From: Gracilinanus agilis
Lineage: Eukaryota
Length of the DNA: 64,000 nucleotides
Direction of reading: 5' to 3'
Assembly (NCBI RefSeq): GCF_016433145.1
Contig: NC_058130.1
Span: forward strand, 92,022,595-92,086,594
The notes beneath the pieces were generated by a model. That model was not told where the DNA came from, searched no databases, and saw only the letters and a list, made by a program, of their open reading frames with translations. Shown here one piece after another: positions 14,401 through 26,400 of the stretch; positions within the stretch are counted from its first letter, which is position 1; each line of letters begins with the position of its first letter. A program made the position numbers and the translations under genes.

Positions 14401-17400
14401 ATGTCTGAAGGATAGGTTGGAGAGAATAGGATAGGAGAGAAAGATGGGTTGGGGAGTCAGAGAGACAGAGAGAAAGATCTGAAGAGACAGAAGGAGAGAG
14501 ACTAGGAGAAACAGAGAAGGGGGGAGAGAGAGACAGACAGAAGCAATAGAGAAGGGGAGGGGGATGAAGGGAGAGAAACTGGAGGCAAGGAGACTAGGAA
14601 GCTATTGAAATAGTCCGTGTTACATAGAATAATAGGTACTTGAACTAAGGTAGCAGAATGAGGAGGTTAGCAAGAGTTGTGGATACAGTATGAACAAGAC
14701 TTGGCGACTGGTTGGATTGACTGGGGGGGGGGGGATGTGAGAGAGAAGAAGACTAAAAGATTGTTCCAAATGATATTTCAAGTCTGAATAAGAAATAAGT
14801 GGGAGGATGGTCATGAGAAAAATCAGGTTTCATGGGAAAGTTGATTACTTAAATATGGGTTATTTTAAGTTTGAAGTGCTGGTGAGATATTGACATGGAG
14901 ATGTCCAGCAGTGGTAGAAGACCAGGAGAATATTCTGTGACAGATACTTCCTTTGCACCCCACAGACCATGATGAGGTGGGGATGTCCAGACTGATGTCT
15001 CCATCCCACCCACCTTCACTACCCCACTTTCCCCAGAGTTGCTTCGAGTTACCAACCTGAGGGTGAATTTCTCCAAACTACACACGTTGGGAGATGGGCC
15101 CCTGGGGGGCTGGGGCCACCGCCATGGGCCTCACTACTACTATGCCTTGTATGAGCTTGTGGTCCGAGGAAGCTGCCTATGCCATGGACATGCCTCTGAA
15201 TGTGCACCTGCTCCTGGTGCCCCACCAAGTGTGGATGGCATGGTGAGTGAAGTCTGAGATCAGGGAGAGTCAGAGATAAAGGAGGAGTTTACTGTGTGTG
15301 GTGGGGGGAGGAGAGTTTCTTCCTGAGGACTGAGTCTCTGGAGTCTCCCTGGGAGTTGGATACCCAGGGTCTTCATGGAATTCAGATTCCTGTTAGTGTG
15401 TCTTAGTGTTTCCAAAGCCTCAACAGCTCTACCATTTATAGGTACATGGGCTTTGTGTGTGTCAGCACCGGACAGCTGGACCCCACTGTGAGCTCTGCCA
15501 GGACCTTCACCATGACCAACCCTGGCACCCAGCTGAGCCTGGGAATCCTCATGCCTGCCAGAGTATGTGTTGCTTGTTGTCTTCCATAATCTATATGCCT
15601 ACTCAGTATTCCCTGAGGATCTCCCAACCCACTAATTTCCCTTTCTTTTTCTCCAGAGTGTGAATGCCACCAGCATGCCAGGAGTTGCCACTTTGACATG
15701 GCTGTTTTTGTGGCCTCAGGCAATGTGAGTGGAGGTGTGTGTGATGCATGTCAGCACCACACAGCTGGGAGGCACTGTGAGATTTGCCGACCCTTCTACC
15801 ACCGGGACCCCCGTGAAGACCCCCGATCCCCAAATACCTGTAAACGTGAGTCCCTTGATGCTGAGTCCTGACTCCAACCATGAACCTGACTCTGATATTT
15901 GACACTCATACCCAGTCCTAACCTCTGGCTCCACCCATAATTTCTGACTATGATATTTGACCCCTTATTCCAAATCTGTTCCTATGTCCCCAGCATGTGA
16001 CTGTGACCCTTCAGGCACCTTGGATGGGGGTCTCTGTGACACACACACAGATGAGGTCCTGGGACTCCTCTCTGGACAGTGTCGTTGCAAAGCCCACGTG
16101 TGGGGCCCACGCTGTGATACCTGTCGTCCTGGTTACTATGGCCTGAGCCCAGCACTGCCTGAAGGTTGTTTATGTGAGTGACCTTGGATTCTCCATGACT
16201 GTGGATCCTAAAACCCTCAACTCAGAATACCTGGTCATGATAGCCTTAGCCTGATGGAGCCCAAAGCTGTCTTTTGACCCTTTACCCTGAGAACTCCAAA
16301 ACATGACCCTAAAAATTTAGGAAGCCCCAACCTCTATATCTCTTATACCCCTAATTACACAACTCAAGACTCTTGGACCCCATGACCCCAAAAACTATCA
16401 ATGCATGACACTCAGTCTCTGGTCTGAGAACAATTTGACCCAAGAGATCCTGTGTGAGTGGCCCCTAGCCCAGGGTTTCATAATGGTTGACCCAGGTTTC
16501 CATAATTTCCTGACTCCCAGAGTCCCAAAACTTGAATACCTAGTCACGACGACTAGCTGGATTTAAAGGCTCTCTGGGAACTCCTTCCCAGTCCAGGTCA
16601 CTATGATTGAGCCTAATTTATTGACTGTCTCTAACCCTCCCCTCCTCAGTTTTTCTCCAGACCATCCTTTCTATAACCTTTTGACACCCTCTTTGCTTCC
16701 TTAGCTTGCAGGTGTGATCCACGGGGCACAGTTCCAGGTGACACCCCCTGTGACCCCATCAGTGGTGACTGCTATTGTAAGCGTTTTGTCACTGGTCAGA
16801 ACTGTCACCAGTGCCTGGTGAGCTCTTACCTTGACCTCAGATTCTTTTTTTTCCGTTCTGATCCTGGTCCTTCCTAAAACCTAATTACCTAATTCCCAAC
16901 CTAGAATCCTGTCTTTGACCTTCAGCACTGAACTCTGAGCCATACTCCTTGTCCACAAGACCCTTAAACCCTTAACCATATGTACTAACTCAACACTGTT
17001 ACATTCACTTTTGTAATAGCTTTTAAAGTTTATTCTCGAAAATTCAACACAAATGAAGCTTTTCTGCTATGTCTCTAAGTCAGTTTACTTCTAAGTGTAA
17101 GCTTTCTTATCTATACAAATGAGAAGGTTGTACCCAGCAATCCCTGTGGGTCCTCTGACATTCTGCATTCATGTTTTTGGGTTCCTTTTAGCTCTGATAT
17201 ATGATGTCTTCTGTTCTTATATTCCTTCCAGATCTGAAATTCTTTATTCTGCACTCTGAGTATCCTTTTAAGCAGATGATTTTTAAGGTTCTATATAAGC
17301 TTCAGTTTTTTTCCCCAAGACACCTTGTCTTCCCAAGTGGCAGTAGGATGCCTTCCTGTGAATTATTATCATACAGAATACAAAATCCACTCAGAGAGGG

Positions 17401-20400
17401 GACTTAGCCAAGGTCACATGGCTAGTTTGTGGAAGAAACAGGTTTACAAACCAGATTTCTTGCTTCCAAATCTAGCATTCTTTCTGCTAAACCACACTGC
17501 TTCTAGGTTAGTTTATTTTCCCAATTACTATTTTAAAAATATTTTCCGTGTAGATCGTTTTATTGGAAAATTTGCTGAAAGATGAACAAGTATTTTAAGG
17601 AAGTGAAATTTAAGGTATCATCAGTACTATTATCACTAATCATCTTTTAATCTAACACTGGATTAACTCAGACCTGATTAGGAGATCTTATCACTTTGAA
17701 TTGGAAGAGATTTGGAGATCACTGAGTCCTACCCCCCTCATTCTATTGATAAGGAAACTGAGGCCCAGAAAGGGTGCATAATTTGGCCTTTGTCACATAA
17801 GGAGATCCAGGATTTGAACCTATGATCTCCCATCTCCAATGGATGCCAATTTTACTCTTTTAAAAATTACTCTGAACACTTACTTTTGAGTCTTACTCGT
17901 GATCTTGAGCACTTGGTTGGGAAAGAACTATGGATTCTCCATGAGTAAACCAAGGGGTTGTTCAAGATAATTTTTAAGGCTCTTCCCTTTGAGAGGCTAA
18001 TTGACATTGGCTGGTTCTAGGAAATCAGTCACTACTCCTAGGCCTGATTCTCTCTGTCTCTATCACAGACAGGGACTGACTAATTAGAAGACTGCTCAAA
18101 GGACCTTATTTATCTCTTGTCTCTGGATCAGCTAGATGGCCTTTCTGCTTCTGCCGATGCCTTGGAGTCTTCTCTCTTCCACCTTGCACAACCAGTGCCA
18201 ATAAGGCATTCTATCTGTTTTTCTCCTGATCATCCCTTACTCTCCCAAAGAACTAGCAGCACTTATCACAACACAGCTTTGTGTCTGTTAGCTTGAGATC
18301 ATGTTTAAAATTACCTATAACAGTTCTCATAGACCTTCAGTCTCATTATTTTTATAGCCTCTTCCAGAGGGACTGGATTTTTGGAGTAATTTGTAGTAGG
18401 TTGGAATAAGTCAGTCTAGTGCTCCCATAGGGGCTGGGAGAGAAACATAGGGAAGAAGCCCACAGCAGTGGCAAGTGATGGTGGCAGGGATGGTGATCTT
18501 TGAACTGCTATAGGATGAAAGTATGCTCTCTGCCATGTGGGCACCATGGGAAAAAGCCCTGGTTGCTTTACTTTACTTATAGCTTTGCATGGAAATAGAC
18601 TTTTTTTTAAAACCCTTACCTTCCGTCTTGGAATCAATACTGTGTACTGGTTCTAAGGCAGAAGAATGGTAAGGGCTAGGCAATGGGGGTCAAGTAACTT
18701 GCCCAGGGTCACACAGCTGAGACGTGTCTGAGGCCAGATTTGAACCTAGGACCTCCTGCCTCTAGGCCTAATTCTCAATCCACTGAGCTACTCAGCTACC
18801 CCCAAAATAGACATTTTTTATTGACAAATTTAGACAGAAAACTTCACAAGATTTTTCTGAATTAGCAACCTCTGAGTATCACCCTCTGATGTCAAAACTG
18901 CTGATCCCTGATCATCTTCAGACTTATAGACCTTGCTCCCTGGCTCCCAGAGAGGAGACAGCATGGTGTATTTGGTGCCAAATTCTTAGGTTTAGAGACA
19001 GGAGGTCCAGTTTTGACTTTGGATGTCCTGTGCAAATCATCTAACTTCCCTGAGCCACAGTGTCCTTGTCTATAAAATGGGGATACTCATAACCGTATTT
19101 TCTACTTGGAGGGGATGTTGTAGGGCTAGTTCTTTGTAAACTTTTAACTCTTTCAGAAATCTCAGTCAAATAATTTATGATTCTTCCCCTCCTTTCTCCC
19201 TGCAGCCAGAATTCTGGGGACTAAGCAATGACTTTACTGGTTGCCGGCCTTGTGATTGTGATTTTGGAGGAGCCTATAGCAACAGGTGGGGACTTGGTCA
19301 ATAGGGTTTGGCCAAGAGCCTATAAGCTAGAGGAAGGGGGGATTATAGGCAGTGCCAGGGCCAGCAATGGTAGATTCACTCTTTCCCTTTCCACTACACG
19401 GGTCACTAGGTGTTCGTCAGGGGAAGGCCTTTGTCCTTGCCGCCCTCACCTACAAGGCCGGAACTGCCTTGAGCTTCAGTCTGGTTACTTCTGTGCAGCC
19501 CTGGACCAAGCCATAGCTGAGGCAGAGCTTGGGCAGAGGCTCAAGCCCTTTGACCCACGGCTACCTGTGAGTATATGAGCTCCAAATGTTGGACCTGAGA
19601 GAGGGAGAGATGGCAGAGGAAAGGATCAATCAGAGAGGGCTTTTTGGATGAGGATCTTGAATAAAAGACAATGAGTTTCTCACCGTAGAAAGTCTCCAGA
19701 TGAATGGCCACCCATCAGGATGTTGTAGAAGTAATTCCTGTTCTTGTATAGACTCCCAGGTGCCGTTGGAAGACTCCACTGGCTTAGAGGTTTTGTGAGG
19801 CTCTGAGCTCAGGAATGGGAGAATTTGAAAAGAGGGTAAAGAGGTGAGGTTGTTGGTATTTTGGAGTAGTAGCTGGACAAAAGAGATAGAAGCAACTCTG
19901 GCAGTGATGTATACAAATAAGAGGAGACCTGGACCTTTAGCCCTGCTATCCTTCAGGGATCCCTTTTCCTTGATGCCACCCCCAACTGCCTGCCAACAAC
20001 AGGACCCATGCTGAAGAGGCTCAGACCCCGACTCCGACGACAACGTAGCATCCCCTGCCCTCTCCCTGTTACTCGTCGTGGACGTCAGAGCCACCAACTA
20101 TCCAAGGTGAATAGTTGATGGGAAAGCTCTGGGGATGAGAGAAGGTTGCAGGACAAGAATGTACTAAGGGAGCTTCCTAGGGTAATAGGAAAAGAAAAAA
20201 CCTAAGCTCTGCTCTTGGGGAGCTCCCAGTCTGTGGGGAGATAAAGCAAAGAGAGCCATATTTTCCCCTTGAGACCTCACAGTTTAGAGGGAGACATGTT
20301 ATTTCTGTCTCATTCCTAGGCTGCTGTGGAGCCTAGGCCTTGGGACAGGGCCCCTCATGCCTCATCCTGGACAGGCTCTGGGTTTGCCAGGATTGAAAAC

Positions 20401-23400
20401 AGGGCTGGTCTCATGCTCCAGGCCCCTCCAGTGCCACGAGCCATGGAATATGATATCGTGCTACGTTATGAAGCTCAGGTCAGGCCCAGGGACTGTTGGG
20501 GTGCTGGAGGAGCTGGGGAAATAGCGAGGGAATCTCTTTGACCCTTGGCCCTTTGACACTTTCAGGCCCCTGAGGACTGGGAGGCCCTTGTCAGTGTACG
20601 AGCCTACTCTCTGCCCAGCAGCACCCGTTGTGCCAATGTGTTGCCCTCAGAGCAGCTCTACCAGGTGGCCCTACCTCCCAGGCATAGGTATGAATTCAGT
20701 CAAGGGGGATCTAGAAAATTTGATGAATGCAAATATGGAAGACACTAAGTATCAAAGAACTGAAAGGGTGAAAATAGACATCAGCCTTGCATTAACATTC
20801 CTTTTCCTCCCTAGAGCTGTGGTTCTGTCTAGACCCTTCTGCTTTGAACCTGGAACCAGATACATGGTGACCTTGAGACTTCAGCGAGTGACAAGTGCAC
20901 GGGGCCTCCCCGGGGGAACCATTCTGCTAGACTCAGTGAGCCTTTTGAGACCCCTGCCTCCCAATATTTTAGGATCTCTAACATTTCTCTTCATTCTACA
21001 AGACTTCCTCTGAGCTCCACTGTTCCCAGTATTGGGTTCAGAGCACAGTTAGCAGTTTTGAGGTCTCCCACACAGAGGTGACAATTGAAGGAAGGCCCTG
21101 TGGGAGCCGGGCTATCAGACAAGGATTTATTTATAGCAAGTATAGACTCACAGATCCAGCGCTGGAAGGGACTTCCAAGGTCATGTAGTCCAACCTTCTC
21201 ATTTTACTGGAAACTGAGGCCCAGTCAGGTTTTTAGTATCAGTGCTGGGATTTCTTCCAAATCCTCTGACTCTTGTATACTTTGTATTCTACTGTGCTGC
21301 CTCTCATTTGGGCCATACAGGACAGCTAGGATTTGAAGATAAGAAGGGAGGTAACATTCTGGATAGGAGATTAAGGAGAGCAGGCAGAAATAAGCTTAGG
21401 ATGGGGCAAGAGAGAGATGCTGGGGAGTTAATACAAGGGCACTGAGTTCCAGGATGGGGAGTTCGGGCTTACCTAAGAGTCAGAGTAAGTCACATAAAAT
21501 TCTTGATCAGTGACAAGGTCTGACTTGTGCTTTGGATATCTGTTTTGATGAATCTGAGAATAGAGTGACTGTAGGCAGGGAGGCCAGTTAGGAGGCTTTT
21601 GTAATTATCCAGAAAGAGGCAGGGAGGACCTAGACTAGAATGATGGCTTCCCTGCATTTTGAGAAGAAGGGATGAATAGGAAAGTACTTTTCAGCCCTGG
21701 GCTTATTGATAAAAAGGCAGACATCTCTCTCTGAGCCTTCCCTGCAGACCTAGATACTTGTCTGTAGCTGTCAATCACTCTTCAGACCTATTGAAGAAAC
21801 AGTGAGAAATCCGAGAAGATGCTAAGAATATGTACATAGAATGAGCATATTTGTAAAGTGGAGAATTACAGTTGGAATGAGTGACTGGCGTTTATGACAG
21901 TGTCTTGGGGAGCCCCTGATTTGTATGTGGCTGTGAAATAGGAAAAATAAGTCTGTGAGTGGGAGATGAGAAAGGGGAAATGAGGTGAGAGTGAGCCAGA
22001 GGAAAGGAGAGGAGTCAATCTGAGTTAAGACTGGGCTTTTTAGCTGGGTCTTCATAGCAGAGAGTTGGCTTCTGTTCTAAATCCTAAATCTTACCTTTCA
22101 TATTGAGCAATGGCAGTATTGAGGAGTTGGGATGAGATGGCTTATCAGTTTTTATGTCAGAATGATATGTTTCTGAGCTCCCCTGTAGTCTCTGCAAAGG
22201 AAGAAAGGGAGCCCTTGAACCCTTGAGTCACAGGTTGATGGCTTGCCATTGAAAAGAACCTTAAGGTTAAGACTTAGGAAAAACTGATTGGTTGTGGGGG
22301 ATGATGGAGAATGATGAATCAGTAAGTACTCCGAGCGTTTGAGTTTAGATGAAAAAAGCCAGGGTGATTCCCTCAACTGAAATAGGGAGGCTGGGTGGAA
22401 GAGCAGGTTTGGGTTGGAAAATGACCAGTTCACTTTTGAACAAATTGAGTTTAAGGTCAAAGACACATCTAGGTGGAGAATCAATTTAATTCTTAAGTTA
22501 CCAAGTACCTACTACATGCAAAGCTTTCTACTTTGCACTGGGTATACAAGGAGTAAAAAGAAAGGAGAGGGGACAGGTAAGTGGCTTAGTGGATAGAAAG
22601 CCACACCTAAAGATGGAAGATCCTGTGATTCAGCTGTGAACTGTTGGACACTATTTAGCTATCTGACCCTGGGCAAGTCACAACCCCAGTTGCTTAAATC
22701 CTTAGTGTTCTTCTGCCTTGGAACCAATCCTTAGTATTGATGATTCTGAGATAGAAGGTAAGGGTGAAGAAGAAGAAAAGAGTACTGGGGAGATTCAGCA
22801 TATGCTTAAATAAATATAAGTCTAGGGAAAATGTAAAACAGATCAAAGCAAGATCCAAATAAAATTCTCCAGAAAATTGGATGAGGGAGAGATTGCTTTA
22901 AATTGTTAAATTGAAGGTAGTAAGTACATTTGAATTTGAAGTACCTAGACTGGAGATTCAAAGAAGAAAGGGCCAGGATGAAGACAGATGTTCTAGGAAT
23001 ATGTGGATTCATGGACATGAGAAGGGAGGTGGAGATTGAGGAGCCACTAGTGATTGGTCCAGTTTGGCTGGAATATAGAGTCCAAGTCTGAAAGTAGAAA
23101 TATGGGAATCATCTGCATAGAAGGGAGAATAGAAGCCATGGGTGTGGATGAGTCAAGAAATAAAAAAAAAAAAAATGCTGAGGCTAGTGCATCTTCCCAA
23201 GTCTCTTGGGATTCTTAGATTTCCTGTGACCCACCTGAAAGCCACCAGGCTCTTTCTCATTTCTCAGAGAGGCCTTCTGTCTTTAATCTAGAATGCTAGG
23301 ATCAAGGTCTGGCCAGTTGCCCTGTTCCCATGAATAGACAAACACTGTTCTCATAGACTACTCTTTTCCTAATGATCCCTTTTTCTCCATAGCTGGTACT

Positions 23401-26400
23401 CCTACCTCGAGTAGAGGAGCTTCCAGGCCTGAGAAGAGGGGACCCTGGGGCATCAGGGCGCCTGAGAGAACTCAGTCAAACTCAGTGCCTTGAGGCTGCA
23501 AGAACACCTCCATTTGGGCCCCCATCAGAATCTTGTGCCCGCTTGGTCTGTAGCATCTCTGCTTTACTATATGGTGGTGGCTTGGGTAAGTGACTCCGAG
23601 TGATTGAGACTGGAGAATGTTGGGTAAAGGGTCCTCAGGATTAGGGTGGCTCATGGGGTTGGGAGAGTAGCAATGGAGTCAATAAAGAAAGTGAGAGAAT
23701 GGATAAGGAATGCTTGGAGGAGATGAGAATAATAATAGCTAGCCTTTTTATTATGGTTTATATGGTATTTCATTTGGTCCTATCAACACTATATTAGGTA
23801 CTATTTTTATCCCCATTTTTAGTTATGGAAACTGAGGCAGAGAGGGAGGGTAAGTGACTCACTCAGGGTTACACAGCTAGGAAGTGTCTGAAATGGGATT
23901 TGAACTCAAGTCTTTCTGATTCCAAGGCCAGCCCTCTGTCCACTGAGCCATTTTCCTGCCTTAGAGATGCCAAGGAATTGACTGGGTCCTGACTAAAGGG
24001 ACCAGGGTAGTGACAGTGGGAGTCATCAGGTTGTTTCTGGAGCAAAACAAAAACATAACTGTAAAAGTGACCTTATGCATAGGGAGATAGGGTAAGAGAA
24101 ATTAGGGGGTTGAGGAAAGGACCAAAGAATGACTATGGTCACAGAAGAATGAAAAGATGACTAGGGAAATGAATGGAAGTATCTTTTATTAGGGCTAGAT
24201 CCAAAGATTGTTTCTGCCTCACCCAGACATTACCTTCCCACCTCTAGCCTGTGAATGCGACCCACAAGGTTCTCTGAGCTCTGAGTGTGCCCGTGTGGGT
24301 GGCCAGTGCCCATGCCGACCCCATGTCATTGGCCAGCGCTGTGACCAGTGTGAGCTCCAGACATATGGCTTTGGCCCAGCAGGTTGCAGTGGTAAGGCCT
24401 GAGATATTAGGCTAAGCACTGGTTGGGCATGGAGATGGAATTGGGGCAGACTCCCCTCTCTCACCCAGCCTGACCCTTCACTGTTTCCTTTAGAATGTCG
24501 TTGCTCTCCTGAGGGGTCCACCAGTTTGGCTTGTGATCCTATAAGTGGACAGTGCTTATGCAAGCCAGGCATCACAGGACGAAGGTGTGACCAATGCCTG
24601 CCTGGCCAATGGGGCTTCCCTCAGTGCCAGCCATGTGAATGTAATGGGCATGCAGAGCAGTGCCACCCCCACACAGGTGTATGCCACGCCTGTGGGGATG
24701 CCACCACTGGGCGTCACTGTGAAAGGTGAGTAAAGCCCCATCTTAAAATCTTATTTAAACAAGAAGGTAGAGCTCTCACCCCCAGGAAACCTTTAGGCCT
24801 TGCTGGGCAATGTTGAGAGTGGAGATAGGTGGCACACAGCCTGGTTATTAGCACCACGATCTATTCCCACAGGTGCCAGGATGGTTATTATGGAGACCCT
24901 GTCCTGGGCTCAGGACAGCAGTGCCGACCTTGTCCCTGCCCTGGGTTCCTAGGCTCTGGTAACTACCATGGGACCTCTTGTCAGGCGGATGGTAGTGGTG
25001 AACGAATTCTGTGTGTCTGTGCTCCTGGTTATGCAGGTAAGTGGTAACTGTGGGCATTAAAGGTACAGAACCAGTATCCAAACATATAAGCAACTCCCCC
25101 CCCAATAATATTAATTTCTATTTCTATGGCAGCTTTGGGTTTACAAAGCACTTTCCCTATAACAACCCTGGAAGTATTTTTTCTCCATTTTATTGATGGG
25201 GAAATTGAGGATTAGAGAAAGAAAATTACTTGCCCCAGGTAACATAACTAGTAAGTGCCAGATCTCTGGATTCCAAAGATGTACTTTTCCCACTACATCA
25301 TGCTGATTCTTTTCACAGTTGCTCCTATCCATGCACAGACCATGCACCTGTTGTCCTAGACCTGAACCATTTCACAAAGACAAAACTATAATGAAATACA
25401 AAAAACTGTCTTTTCTTTGGTAATTTGTCATAACTATTTTGATAATAATGTTGATGTTGGTGGCTATAGTGATGATGGTGATGCTGATAATAGCAACTCC
25501 TTCTAGCCTTTTTTTTTTAACCCTTCCCTTCAATCTTAGAATCAATACTAAGTATTTGTTCCAAGGCAGAAGAGCAGCAAGGGCTAGGCAATGGGGGTTA
25601 AGTGACTTGCCCAGGGTCATACAGCTAGGAAGTATCTAAGGTCATATTTGAACCCAGGACCTTTCAGGCTTCAGGCTTGGCTCTATCCACTGATCCACCT
25701 CACTGGCCCTTCCCAACAGCTTTAGTTTGCATGGAACAGTTCTTGCCATAATCCTCTATATACTAGGTAGCACAAGTGTTCTGTTATTGTTTCCAGTTTA
25801 TAAAATGAGGAAACCAAAACGTGGCAATAGGAAATGATTGAAGATGACAGATTTAGAGCTAAAAGAGGAGACCTTAAAGATTAACTAGTCCAAGCCCTTT
25901 ATTTTTACAGAAGGGTAAATGGAGGCCCAGGAAAAGGGAAGTGACTTGTTCACATAAATTATACAGGGCAAGAAAAATAGCTTACATTTATACAGCACTT
26001 AGAGGTTTTTTATATCATTAAGACTTTTCAAAAGTTTTATTATTGAATTTTGTTTTTATATCCTAAGGATTTTCAGATACACTCTCCTTTTTTCTCCTCC
26101 TTCCACAGTAAGCTATCTCTTGTGTCAAAGGGAAAAACAGGGGGCAGCTGGGTAGCTCAGTGGATTGAGAGCCAGGCCTGGAGATGGGAAGTCCTAAGTT
26201 CAAATCTGGCCTCAGACACTTCCCAGCTGTGTGTCCCTGGGCAAATCACTTGACCCCCATTGCCTACCCTTACCACTCTTCTGTCTTGGAGCCAATACAC
26301 AGTATTGACTCCAAGATGGAAGGTAAGGGTTTTAAAAAAAAAAAAAAAAGGGAAAAACAGTTAAAATTCTTCATCACATTATCTACATCTGATAGTATAT

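Noticed and set aside
23460-23470. LRE tripeptides in LAMB2L (here and in exon 26)
   Set aside because: Not at the C-terminal position of the beta2 motor-neuron LRE site; LRE is common by chance in helical sequence
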